From contig CAVNZM010000016.1 of the NCBI GenBank assembly GCA_963693365.1, positions 7,299,029 through 7,363,028 on the forward strand: 64,000 nucleotides of DNA. Reading direction: 5' to 3'. Below are positions 39,440 through 52,281 of the stretch, one piece after another (the stretch's first letter is position 1; every line of letters starts with the position of its first letter). The notes beneath the pieces are model-generated. The model saw nothing but the letters and a program-made list of their open reading frames with translations, did not search any database and was not told the origin of the DNA. The DNA is from Amoebidium appalachense (lineage: Eukaryota; Protista; Ichthyosporea). A program made the translations under genes and the position numbers.

Positions 39440-40465
39440 AGTTCGACACCCGAGGTTTTGCTCTCAGATAGCCTTCTATGACAGGCATCGCATTCCTGCC
39501 GGGCCAGCACCAATCAACGTGGATGCTCGCACCGACGCACAGTTCTCAGAAATGCAACTTTCCTGCTTGAACGCATTATGATTGGCGCTCTCATATAAAG
39601 CGTCTGATTGGTCTAAGTCGGGCGAATAGGATTGAAGTACCAGGAATTCGCATTTTGTGACTCATAAATGTAATTAGTTCTACTCTGCTCATGGCCAGAA
39701 CAATTCTTCAGGATGTACATATGATACAGTGGAAGAAGTAGACCTATAATGCCTATATTAGTTAAAACAAAGCAGCTTCACCTACACATAAATATATATT
39801 TCATACCACAACAGCCTCCGAGGCTCCGAGTTCCAAGCTCACAGCCGACGCTCATGATACCGTCATCATGGATCCGAGCTATTGTATTAGACGAGCCAAT
39901 CGGGAGCGAGCGCTCGGGCAGAACGAGCAAAGCTCCGCGCACCATTATGATAGATACACTACACTTTTCGTGTGACTCACCACCTGGGCAATAAATAAAG
40001 GTGCTCGGCCCACTTGCACTGCAAAGATAGAGAAGTTTCAGCTGAAAACCATGTGGCAAAAACTATTCAGACTGAATGAAACAGTATGTTCACGTGCAGG
40101 CTGCAGATGTTTTTGGGACATGCATGCAATAGTACTAGTTCAAAGGTTGAAACAACTCTTAACTCCCAGCACATGACTCCTTGCAATTTGAAACAGCAAC
40201 AAGAACGAAAACTTGTTATAATGCACACGTACGGTTAACTTTTGCTTTTACACAGATCCTTCAGACCTTCTCGCCCACGTTAGTAATCACTTGATTTATT
40301 ACCAGATTTTAATACACATTCTGCATGCCAGCTGCGCTAACAAATTCAGCAGCATTTTCGATGGCAGCCTTATGCAACACACCTATGTGAAACCAACCCA
40401 CACAAAACCCATGTATGCGCACATGCACACATAGTACACCCCCCAATCAGTGCTAGCAGTCCTCC

Positions 40466-41983
40466 ATGGATGCAACAGCAAACCCCGATATGTCCGACTC
40501 GACCAAGGTTTTTGGCCCCTCCACCGGTAGATTTCCGGTGGTGCTTATAGACCACAAAGGCTCACAGGGCCAGGACGGCAGAATGAGCCCCGAGCCTAAA
40601 ACAGATGTGAAAGGCACTGCCAAGGATAAGTTAGGCCCCCACACGCGCACACTAGTGGAGTCACACATAGCAGGCAGTGAGCAGCATGCAAACACGATAG
40701 TGCTGGTGGACACAAGGGATGCAAAGAACCACAAACACTCCACACAGATTCTTTCCAAGACAGCCCCCTCAAATCAAAACACATCTACACTGGCGCATAA
40801 ATACTACGTTAGCGGGCCAACAGAGATAGCCGGGCGGTCAGCGAGGTTAGGCGTCAATTTCACGTTCTGGTCGTTCTGCTACTTCTTTGTCATGCTGGCC
40901 TGTGTGGGGCTAGCCGAGGGCATAGTGCTGTACCTGTGCCTGGACGTGTCCTCTACCGCCCCCCTTGCCGTCATGTTCGAGGCTGCCAGCAAGCTCGAGG
41001 CTGCGCTTGTGGCGCTGACGACCCACAAGGGCCCCATACCCCCTCTCAACATGGTTAAGGAGTTTATGGCCCAGGGGGCCGCCTTCACGACCACACAGGC
41101 CAAGGTGGTGGCACAGGCCGAGCGCATCTTCTGGCTGCAGTTTGGAATCACGGCCGTGGCCTTGGTAATAGTGCTGGTGGCTGCGTGCCTGGCCGTGTGG
41201 TTTCGCCATCTGCCTATCGTCAAGAGTCGGGGCAAGTGGCCCCTGTGGCACTGCCTGGTGGCCGGCGTGTTGCTGCTGACCTCCGACCAGATTCTTGTGG
41301 CCGTGCACACCTTCCGTTTTGTCGACATGGGCCCGGCAAAGGCCACTACGTTTCCCGGCATGCTGGCCGAGCTGAGGGAAAGGAGCACGCAGCTCAGCAA
41401 CCAGGTGTGCATAGCAACCACAATCACCCTCACGTCTGTGTGCATCTTTGTCGGCAGCGTGGTGCAGCGCCAGTGGTTACTGTGCCAGGTGTTCCTTCAG
41501 ACGCTCAAGGGCAGGGCCACGGCGCTGTCGTACTTGGCACCCTTTCCCCTGCACCTGCTTGTGGGCCTGCTGTCTTCCACCTCGTTCATCGTCTGGCGCC
41601 TGCACGGCTACAATTACTACACGTCCACGTGGAAGTACACGTGCGGCCTATGGACGGCACCGCTCATCTACAGTGGGATGCTGGCCTATTACACGGTCAA
41701 GATGGGCAAGCGCTACCCGCGGTTCAACGACTACTACTGCAACATTCGTGTGCTGTTGGTGCATGACCTGATCCTTGCCGTGGTCCAGGTGTTGGCAAAC
41801 ACACACCCGGACTCGCTGCTGATGGGGTGCCTGGGCTGGACAATAGCCGCACGTACACTCGTGGTGACCTACGTGCTTGACCAGATTATCTGTCTGGCCA
41901 TGCAGCTTTGCAGGGAGCAGCGCCCCGGGAGCCTCCAGAGAGGAGAGGTGGTAGCCGTCACCATGTCTACCTCCACGCGGTGA
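40466..41983 (+). CDS. Intronless multi-pass membrane protein, class C (7tm_3 / GABA-B-like) GPCR-like
   Basis: 505-aa ORF, GC3-rich in the TM region, ~8 hydrophobic helices; RHLPIVKSRG (ICL1-like), C...GSVVQRQWLLCQVF (TM3-like), KMGKRYPRFND (ICL3-like). Confidence 0.65.
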   Translation: MDATANPDMSDSTKVFGPSTGRFPVVLIDHKGSQGQDGRMSPEPKTDVKGTAKDKLGPHTRTLVESHIAGSEQHANTIVLVDTRDAKNHKHSTQILSKTAPSNQNTSTLAHKYYVSGPTEIAGRSARLGVNFTFWSFCYFFVMLACVGLAEGIVLYLCLDVSSTAPLAVMFEAASKLEAALVALTTHKGPIPPLNMVKEFMAQGAAFTTTQAKVVAQAERIFWLQFGITAVALVIVLVAACLAVWFRHLPIVKSRGKWPLWHCLVAGVLLLTSDQILVAVHTFRFVDMGPAKATTFPGMLAELRERSTQLSNQVCIATTITLTSVCIFVGSVVQRQWLLCQVFLQTLKGRATALSYLAPFPLHLLVGLLSSTSFIVWRLHGYNYYTSTWKYTCGLWTAPLIYSGMLAYYTVKMGKRYPRFNDYYCNIRVLLVHDLILAVVQVLANTHPDSLLMGCLGWTIAARTLVVTYVLDQIICLAMQLCREQRPGSLQRGEVVAVTMSTSTR

Positions 41984-42275
41984 TGAGGAAAAAAAATTTC
42001 GTTTGTGTGCCACGGTGGGTGGGGGCAGGGAGGGAGGGGAGGGGGGGTATATGAATACAACAGTTGAAGTTGTGACTCGGTGCTGGTGGTGTAGCTGGAA
42101 CAGCATGTAAAAGAAGTTAGGTGTGTTGGTTACGTTGTATCAGTATTGTAACCAGCATATCCTGAAATGGAACATAGCACCAAGATTGGCAAGCTGTATA
42201 ATGCTAACTGTATAATGCTAACTGACACTAACATTACAAACTTTGTGACAAACATGCTTAGTTTTGAGTTTTGTT

Positions 42276-42680
42276 TCACCTGCAAAACAAACTCTCACCA
42301 CACTCAGTGATTAGTTCTGTTGAAGTATGTGTTGTGATTTCTGCCGATGATCCACGCAGAGACTTTTTTAAAAAGTAGACCGTTCTGCTGAAGATTGTAA
42401 ATATTTGATTGATGAAAAATGCAAACAGGACAAGGCCAGAATCCTGCCTCTGCATGTTTATTGATAGATTTGATAGCGTGTCCCGTAGTGTCTGAGCCAG
42501 CTCTCCTTTCCCCGACACAGGGTACACAACCAACTTGCTCATCTCCCACCCCTCCCCTTGACTACTCTCCACACAAGTCACCAGCTGGTGATGGTCAAGC
42601 CAAATGATTGGATAATAATCAGCAATCTTGCTTGCCGGAATGTAGACACCTGGCAACCGGACGTCGGCCCGAATCGGCAC
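42276..42680 (-). CDS. Hypothetical ORF or gene fragment
   Basis: 134-aa non-repetitive ORF divergent from coactosin; GTG start; no recognisable motif. Confidence 0.25.
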   Translation of the reverse strand: MPIRADVRLPGVYIPASKIADYYPIIWLDHHQLVTCVESSQGEGWEMSKLVVYPVSGKGELAQTLRDTLSNLSINMQRQDSGLVLFAFFINQIFTIFSRTVYFLKKSLRGSSAEITTHTSTELITECGESLFCR

Positions 42681-43174
42681 TCAAGCTGTGTTGCTGCGGG
42701 CGCTGCTTTCGGTTCCAGAAAACAGCTGTTCTGTTATTGATTAAAATCTTAGAGCTCCCAACATATTATAGTCTTTACCCTTTACATATTTTGCTTGTAG
42801 CCACCAATTTGAGAGGTACATATGCGTGCGTGACTGCGGCAAATTTACGACCAGGCCGTCGATTTCATCGGGGCAAAGTTGGAAATTAATAAACGTTTTT
42901 ACATTTAATCGTTAGCAAACCTTAGTCACATTGTCCTAGCATTAAAACTTTTAAACGTTTCAAGCGCGTTGAACAAGAACAAATCATGTAGAATATTAGG
43001 GCATAATGAGACCAATCATAATCCGTTTGGCGGTTTCCTAATTTGCCACTCCAACAAACAAAAAGTGGGCAGCCAGTCTCAGGTCACAAAAAATTGAGAC
43101 GCTTGTGTTTGAAGAAAACTGAAAAGTAAACTTTCTATAGACGAAGTGTAAACCGTAAACGTAAATAACTTACC

Positions 43175-43796
43175 ATGGCTCAGCTTGACAAGGAAGCTAT
43201 CTCCGCCGCATACGAGGATGTCAGAGACGACAAAACCGAGACCTCATGGTAAGATTTCCAAAGTTTGTCGTGAGGCAAACGGTCTGGACTGTTCTTTTGA
43301 TCCACAGCTTGAATGGTGTGTAAGCTTGTGGTGTTCCTTTGATTTCTAAGATAACTCTACATTATATGTGTCTTAGTTCAGAAATCTCTGCCTTGAAGCC
43401 TTGCTCTTTGAGTGTTTTGGGGTTGTGCCTTTAGAGGCTGTAGGGCTGATGGTTTTCGGGAGTATATTTTGTGTGTTTGTGTGTTTGAGAGTGTTCGAAC
43501 AAAACATTGTGCTACTCCTGTTAGTTTAGTGAGCACTTGCTTAGCAACTCCTCTCAGTCACTTGTGGGGCTTCTGTGCAACGATTTAAGGTTTGAGTTGC
43601 GCCTGAGGTGTTGCTGGGTGCTTGCTGCTGTTGCTGCAGTATGATGCAGTTTGTTCCATAGGCTCTCATAGTGATCTGTCGAAAAGGTTGAGTGACTGTA
43701 GGTTCTAGACTCGTCTTGTGCAGTTCAAGTGTCCGTTCGTAGCCAGTAGATTCACACAGCTCTTGTGACTGCCTAAGTCCCTTGCTTGCCTGTTAT

Positions 43797-43833
<37 letters not shown>

Positions 43834-44688
43834 TTGAAGGGCACTTGCACTCACAAACCAAACTTCTGCTTTCCTATGTGTTCACACAAACCGATATGCA
43901 GGCCCCCTCATTCCTTCTTGGTCGTCGGTTCTTTTCCCCCTCCCCCCCCCCCCCCCCCCTCCCCCCCCCCCCCCCCCCCCCCCCCGGGCCCCCAAAACAC
44001 ACACATACATACAATACCTCTTGGCATTGTGGTTGGTTCTTGCCGTCTCTCTCAGCCTTGCATGTGTGGACTACCGTCCTTGTACCTATACCCCTTTTCA
44101 GTTGTTTGTGGCTCTGCTTAACTCTAAACGGCCATGAGTGCCCTTCTGTTTATTAGATTCCTCATGCCTCATAGTATTAGATTCCTCATGCCTCATGGAT
44201 AGTTCACTCCCATAAGTTATCATGTCTTAATATAGTCCTTATTGTCTTTTCTTCCATACCCTTCCACCTTCCATTCCTCTCGGCTTTTTTCCTGTGTCCG
44301 ACACGACCCTCAGCACCATCTATATTTTTCTAATTGCTTTCTGCTGCAACTTTAACCACCGACCTTTCCCACTGCCCTTGCCTGTTGCGTGTTCGCATAA
44401 GTAACCCTGCTGGTCTTTGATCAAGACGGGTGACCCACCCATGTTAAAATGAAGCAGTATCTGAGTTCGGTTTCATTGACGAGGTGAATGGATCGAAACT
44501 CGTTACTGTGGATGACATCGCACCCCCTCAGGATGGGCTCTGCTTGTTATACATACTCTTTAGTATGTATGTATGGTTTGTACTCTGCATCGTGTTATAA
44601 TGTTGACAAGTGTACTTCGTACTTTATAACGCATTCAACCCCCCCCCCTCCCCCCTCCCCCTCCTCCCCTTCTCCCCTCCCTTTCTCC

Positions 44689-44743
<55 letters not shown>

Positions 44744-45909
44744 TTCCTGTCCTCTGCTCCTTTTGCCTGATGATACATGGCCCTCTGTCTCTCCTGCTGG
44801 TTTTCCTGTTTTCCCGTTCTCCCCCTGGTCTCTGTTCCCAGTGAGCCGGCTCGCACATGTTTCTGTGCCTGCATCTATGTTATCTTCTTTTTTTCCTGCT
44901 GTCTAACCTCCTCATAACATAGCACAAGAGATTTTGTGCCGAGTGAATGAGCATATGGGTCTGGTACTCCCCTTAGGTGCTGCGGCTATACTTAGGTGCT
45001 GCTGCTATAAAAATGGTTGCGTGTGTCAGCTTGTGTCCGCAGGTTGGCAATGCTCTGCAGTGGGAGATAACGATTGTAGTGTTTACACTTTGTCCCATAA
45101 CCTGGTGGTGGTCGTTCGTGGGGCACCACTCTTTGTATCCCACCATTTGTGTTGTGTTATAGGGTGGGGTGTGTCCTTGGGCAAGGTGTGTGTGGAGACG
45201 TGTACTTGGTTTCTTTGTAGTGAATGCATCATATGTGCTGCCCTGGGTCGGGGTATATTATGCGCCCCTCTGTGCGATTATCAGATGTGTGCTCTTGGGG
45301 GTCGGGTGTGTTATACAGTTCGTTCCGTGCATATGCCTCGCGGTTTGCTGTCGTTTGTGTGTTGGTATCTGGTGGGACAGGTGGAGGGAGGGCCGGTATC
45401 TTGTCTGGGCACTGCTTGGTATTTAAGGGTATGGTGGGGTAGGGGGCTTGGGGGAGGGGGGAGGGGGGGGGGGGCGGCGCTGTAGCAGGGTATGTGACTC
45501 CAGCAGGGATGGGTGTTCTTTTGAGGGGGAGGGGGGGGGGGGGGGGGGATCGAGGCGTGGTGGTTTGACATTTTTTGTGGCGCAGGGCTGTGTTTGTGTA
45601 CGACGATGCAGGCAAGATCATGGTGGGGGGCAAAGGCAGCGACTACGAGGAATTCCTGGCCACCCTCAAGGACGACTGCAGGGCCTACGGCTTTGTGAGG
45701 ATAGAGACGGGCGATGAACTCAGCAAGCGCGCTAAGTTTGCTTTCATCACGTGGATTGGCGACAGTGTCAGTGCGCTCAAAAAGGCAAAGGTCAGCACGG
45801 ACAAGGCCGAGGTGAAGAAGGTCGTCCAGGTGAGAACCTTCATGTCTATAGGGAACACAAGAAGCATGATATACACCTATTCCCATGCAGGTCTACAAGT
45901 TACTGCACA

Positions 45910-45949
<40 letters not shown>

Positions 45950-46100
45950 AAAAAAAAAAAGGGGGAGATGGGTGGCGGACAGAGGGAGGCATGTACGATT
46001 TATGAGAGCACAGCACTGATGGTGCTGCTTAAATTTTGGAGATGCGATGCCTGGTGTGCTGTTTTTTTGGGTAGTAGAGAATGTACGTTTGGATGGTGCA

Positions 46101-46140
<40 letters not shown>

Positions 46141-46492
46141 CTCGGGGGGATACGACCCACGTGCATACGCACAGATACCACATCCCTTGGGGCCTTAGGC
46201 ACACAGTCACATGTTGGCAGACGCGGATCGCAATGCAACAACACGCAGACAGGGGAGGTTCGAACTATCCACTAATGTGTATCCCTGTGTGGGGGTGTGT
46301 GCACACGTGCATCTCGTGCCTGACTGAGTGACTCTCATGAGCCTGGGTTATGAACCCCTGCTCACATGTTTTACTGCACAGAACTTTGCTGCCGAGCTTT
46401 TGGGTTCCGAAAAGAGCGACGTGACGTTCAACGAGGTCAAGACAAAGGTTCTCAAGGCTGGGGGGGCAAACTACGGCACAGGCAGCCGCTAA
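43175..46492 (+). CDS. COTL1: Coactosin-like protein (ADF-H domain)
   Basis: Exons 43175-43248, 45586-45829, 46382-46492: MAQLDKEAISAAYEDVRDDKTETSWAVFVYD...YGFVRIETGDELSKRAKFAFITWIG...AKVSTDKAEVK...KAGGANYGTGSR*. Confidence 0.93.
44318..44638 (+). repeat. Dispersed ~320-bp repeat, copy 2 (in coactosin intron 1)
   Basis: Colinear with 13109-13417; same orientation relative to host transcription; ends at GCATTCAA followed by a C tract. Confidence 0.9.
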
Positions 46493-47564
46493 TATGTTTG
46501 TGCCCGTGTAGAATGTAGCTGTTAGGTGTGAAAGTAGATAGCAAAACGAGTAAACATGGCCCGGTGATTGGAATCCTGCTACTCTGCTGTGTCCCTGTTC
46601 TTTGCACTGCTCCCCCTTCCTTGCCCGTTGGCGATTTCCTGTCGACCATAATTTGGCAAGGGCAACCCGCAGTCAAAAAAGAGATTTCTACAGCCCATCT
46701 TCCCCCTCCCCCCTTGAAGTTCTGTGTCCTAGTAGTATCATGACATCTCTGAGGTCCCCCAAGGCTCCTTGAGTGATCACCCACACACACTGCACCACCA
46801 CCATGTGCACGGATACCGTACCCACCCGCCTTTCTACCAATACATCCCTCCCTGAACGAATCCGTTAACTATGTGCTGTGCCTCTCACTCAGAGCTGCAG
46901 CGTGTCATGTGGCAAAGCATCTTTTTGATTCTGATCATGACCCGTCCAAAGTGCCTTTGTGTCTTGGTTTTTGAGTTGCGTCGCTGAGTTAACCTTGCGC
47001 AGCGACACTCGCTATACTTATTCAAGTTGGTGGGCTACTGCAGGTTTTCTTCCAACCAACGCGGTTGCCAGCACTTCTCATGCATCCAACCATCCTCCCC
47101 TCCCCCCCCCCCCCCCCCCCCCAGCCCCTGCATCATCGATTACATAGTATTCTGGGGGATGATTGCACTACTCTGTAGGTTCAGCGTACATGATGTCAGG
47201 AACAAAGGGGCATTCCTCTTGCTAATTTAGCATTACACTGGCCACGTGGTGGGTGTGCATGCATGACGTAGCTACGGGCAGCTCCTTCCGCAAAAAACGG
47301 TTTTTTTGAGTTTACCTGGCCAACCGTAACGTGAGAGGCCTGCAATTTGGCTCGAGGAATGGATCCTCGGTTGGGTCTTGCCCATGTGGCGATTGTGACA
47401 CCTCGAAGATGTCGCGTCCTCGCACACATCACATCCTCGAAGAACAGCTGAGCGAGTCACAATTGCAAACTCATTGTCTGTCTGTTTGTTTGTTTGGCTG
47501 TTACGTTTGTAACAGCCGTGTAGTTTCTTCCTTTCTCTTCACCCCACACTGCCGCACACTGCCC

Positions 47565-47817
47565 ATGTCGCGGCTGTATGTTGGGCGGCTGCCCAGTGGC
47601 TGCCGCGAGCGCGACCTAGACGACCTGTTTGGCCGCTACGGTCGCGTCAGAAATGTCGAACTCAAGGGCAACTTCGGCTACAGTGTGGGTGGCCCCCGGG
47701 GGAAAGGGGGAGGGGGGGGGGGGGAGGGGGGGGGGGGGGGGGGAGGGAGGAGGTGTGTGGAGGGAATTGGTGTGTGTGTGGGGGGGGGGAGGGAGTGGAG
47801 AAGGGGTGCATGGGGAA

Positions 47818-47855
<38 letters not shown>

Positions 47856-48897
47856 GTGTGGGGCGAAAGGGGTTGTCGGGATCAAGGGGGGAGGGGGTGT
47901 ATGGGGGTGAAAAGGGGTGTGTAAGGAAGGGGAACGTTTGTGTGTTTTTTTGAGTGGGGGGCAAGGGAGGGGAAGGGGGGGGGGGGGGAAGGGGGGAAGG
48001 AGGAGAGAAGGGTTTTATAACGACTCTGAGATGGCGTGGTGTGTTGGTGTGTTGCGCCCCTGTAGGACTGTGGGTGTTGTATAAGCTGCTTGCTGGTAGG
48101 TGGATGTGTGTGGGGTTTGTCACGTGCACGCACTTATGTGATAATGGGTAGCGAGCCAAGGACGCACGAACGTAAAGCACGGTAGCAAGAAAATGGGCAC
48201 ACTGAGTTGTAAAGAATGCAGTGCCGTGGGGATACTGACATGTAACACACGTGTACACGCCAGCACCCTGTCACCCTTATCCCCCTCGCAAACATCTACT
48301 GACGTTCATCCTTTCAGGAGTTTGACCGTAGCCGTGAGGCCGAGGATGCCGTCGATGCTCTGGACGGGCGCAGCTTCATGGGCGAGAAGTGGGTGCATAC
48401 ACACACACACACACACACACACACGGCGCACACGCGCGCGCGCGCGGCCCCGGTAGCACGTGAGCATCCAAGTTGACTGTAAACTCTTCTCTCCCCCTCC
48501 CTTTATCTCTCTCTCTCTTTCCTTATCTCTCTCTCTCTTTCTTTCTCTCTCACTTCACTTTCTTGCTCCCCCCCCCCCCCCCCCCCAGCCCCGCCGCAAG
48601 ATCACCTCTTTCCCTCCCTCCGTCTCTGCCCTCCCCCTGCTCCCGCCTCTCGCTCTTTTTCTGTTGAACCCCTTCTCATATATATACTGTCTCTCTCTCT
48701 CCCTTTCTCTCTTTTTTCTCTATCTCTCTCTTCTCCATTCTCTTTGTTACTCTGCCTATCTCCTCTCGCAGTCCTCTTCTCTCTCCCCCACCCCTTTACT
48801 CTGTTCCCCCTCCTCCTGCTCCTCACTCCCCTGGCGCCCCCCCCCCCCCCCCCCCACCCCCACCCGTCACTCCCCCCTCCTCCCCCCCCCCCCCCCC

Positions 48898-48928
<31 letters not shown>

Positions 48929-49568
48929 ACTGAAGGCCCCCCTCCCCTCCCCCCTCCCCCTGCACTTTTGTTGTGTGTTTCCTGTGTGTCCCTTTCTCTC
49001 CCCCCCCCACCCTGCCCCCCTCCCCCCTTTTTTGGTCCCCTTAATTTCTGCCTTGGCTCAACCTTTGTCAATTCCTACTTCGTACTGTGCACGGCATACC
49101 CAGACCTCCTCCCCCCTCTTCCCTCCCCCCCCCCCCCCTTCCCCCCTCCCCTTGGGGCCGCGGTCTGCCGATTGACAAAAAAAACTCCGTTACTTGGTAC
49201 ATGTACGTGTGTGTGTGTGTGCGTGTGTGTGTGTGTGCACTTTATGCTGCCCCCGTGATCACGTGACTAAGCACGTGCACGTGCAGGCTGATTGTGGAGA
49301 GGGCCAAGCCACGTGCCACCCCAAGGGGCCAGCCTTCGTGGGTCAGGTGGGTTCAAATCTACATGTTCTGGAATTTTCCACCACCTAATTTGCGTTCTGC
49401 ACACAAAGCACGTGCATTGCATGCGCTGACGCGGGAAGGCTTGGACAAAGACACGTGTGTGCGTGTGCTGTATGGCTTCAACTGCTCCCCCCCTGCCTCA
49501 CCCACACAACACAGCACGTGCATCTTAGACTATCCGCCTCCGCTCCCCCCCCCCCCCCCCCCCCCCCT

Positions 49569-49611
<43 letters not shown>

Positions 49612-50011
49612 GTGAAGCAGGGCTCCAGGCAGGGTCCGTTCATCTTGCCTCATGGGTCGGTGTCTATCGTCTGTTGACGCACATACGCTCTAAATCAATT
49701 ATTTGGGATTTGTACATATACTGGTTCTCTTTGCCTCGAGTAAACAGCGTAAACCCCCCCTTGTACATATGTATCTAGCGTGCCTGCTGTTGCACACACA
49801 CACACACACACACATACCCCCCCCCCCCACGGGTTCTCTCTCTCCCTCGCTTTCCCTCTCTCTCACTCTCCCTCTCCCCCTCTCTCTCTCTCTCTTCCCT
49901 CTTATCTCCCGCTCTTCCCCCCTCCCTCCCCCCCTCCCCCCCCCCTCTCTGTCTCTCTCTCTCCTCTCGGTCGCTGATCACCATCTTGATCACGGTGTAC
50001 ACGTTTACCCA

Positions 50012-50079
<68 letters not shown>

Positions 50080-50191
50080 CAAATACGGCGTACCCGAGCG
50101 CACCCGCTACCGTGTGATTGTGAGTGGCCTTTCGTCACGTTCAAAGTGGCAAGTAAGTTGCCCCCCCCCCCCCCCCCCCCCCCCCCGCACT

Positions 50192-50241
<50 letters not shown>

Positions 50242-51128
50242 ATAGAAAGAAAGAAAGAAAGAAAATTAAAGAAAAGGTAGTTCTTGTTTCTATGGCTTTT
50301 GATGCCATGAAAGTGACCACCCAACAACACACAAATCTTCGAATGGTCGTGTCACTTGGTCCTCATGGCCATGTGGTGTGAGGATTGTTCTGATGTGTTT
50401 TTGGTTGAAGGGGCAAAGAAAGTGGTTAAGAGCCAATGTAACTGATGGCCGTCGTCGGCTTTTGTGGGTGGGTGGGTGTGCTTGTGCATGTTTGTGTATG
50501 CTTGTGTGCAGGAGGTATGTGTGTCTGTGTGGTCGTGTCTGTGTATCGGGGGGGGGGGGGGGGGGGGGGGGGGGTTTCAAGGGCTGGTAGTTCAACTGAA
50601 ATGTTGGAGTAAGTATATGGGGTACGGAAGGAACGGGGTAAGATGTATGTTGATTGCATGAGAATAGAGCAGGATTGGTTTTGGGCCTGTGGTCTAAAAA
50701 TAGGCTGTGTGTCTATATATAGTACTCGTGCTGGGCGGTGCGGTGTTGCGGTGGGCGGTGCTGTATGATTGGTGGGGGCTCACACCCTCGAAGGACCTCA
50801 AGGACTACTTCCGCCATGCCGGCCTGGAGGTCACCTTTGCTGAGGTCCACAGGGAGCGCAGCGGCGAGGGGTAGGCGTGACTTTAAAATTTAGAAGGGGC
50901 GGGGATTGAGTGGCTTGCACAAGGTGGTTTGTGCTTGTGTCTTTGTGATGTGTGTGACCTCACGGCACGAGGGTTTTGTTCCCGCGTGGGGAGGGGGGGA
51001 GGGGGGGGGAGTAGGATTATGATGGGTTGAGTGTTGATTATAATACGTTATTATGGTGTGGGAGTGAGGGGTGCATTGCCCTTAAGGTGTGGTTGGGCAA
51101 ATGGTGGTGTTTTTTTTTTCGCTTGTGC

Positions 51129-51164
<36 letters not shown>

Positions 51165-52247
51165 GGGTGCGTGGGGCAGAGGGCTCCGCTGGAAGGAATA
51201 CATTGTGCGATGCTGTATTGGTGTGTGGGTGTGTGATGGCGTATGCATGTTTGGGGGGGGGGGATGTTGTCTATTAGTCTTCATGTGCGTGGACAGGGTG
51301 ACGTTATGCACTAATCTAGGGTGTGTGTGCCAGGTTGAATAATCCCAGTGTGTGTGTGTGTGGTGTCTGTGTGTCTGTGTTTTCTCTCTCTCTCTCCCTC
51401 GCCCGCTTACTCCCCCAGTCCCCCTCTCACTCTCCCCCTCCCTTTCCCTTTCTCTCTCCCTTTCCCTTTAATCCCCCTCTTTCACTCCTCTCTCTCTCTC
51501 TCTGTGTGTGTGTATTTTGTGTGTCGATGTGTGTGCGTGTGTGTGGCGTGGTTGGGGCAGGGGACGGGACTATTTGAGTATGGGAGAGTCGTGTAAGTGT
51601 CTGGTGTGAAGGCGGTTGGAAGGTGAGAGCCTGTAATGAGGGACTCGTGTTAGGAACAAAAGGAGGGAGGGGGGGGCTGAGATGGCAATAGGGTCATTGG
51701 TGGGGAAGGCACTGAGGCAGATATGGCAGATTCACCCCAAGTGACTGCACGTGCATTGTGATTGAGTGTGTGCACGTGCAGGGTGATTGAGTTTGCCCAC
51801 CGGGATGACGTCAAGTATGCCATCAAGAAGTTGGACGACACGGAGTTCGAGGGCAGACGCATTAGAGTCGAGGAGGTAGGGGTAGGGGGGTGGATGGGGC
51901 GTGTTGATGGGAGTGCATGGGCAATAATGCTTTTAGTGTACGGGTAAAAGGGTCTGTGTGGTTTGTTTTGTGTGTGTTCGTTGTGTGTGTGTGTGTGTGT
52001 GTGTTGTGTTGTGTGTTGTGTGTGTATTTGTTAGTTTGCTCTCTCATGTGCAACACCGTGCATGTGTGCAGTTGTATGGCATGGATGCTTCTAGATGCAT
52101 GGGGACTGGCAATGGAGTCTTTCCATGTGCACACAGATGCGCGCAAATGCCAACTTGCGAAATCACTCTCTGTCCCCCTTTCCTCCCTGTCTCTTTCATC
52201 CCCGCCCCACGCAGGCAGAAACACATCTACACATGCACACACACATG

Positions 52248-52281
<34 letters not shown>

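Noticed and set aside
40879-41771. Long overlapping or antisense ORFs within the GPCR-like gene
   Set aside because: Shadow ORFs of GC3-rich coding sequence.
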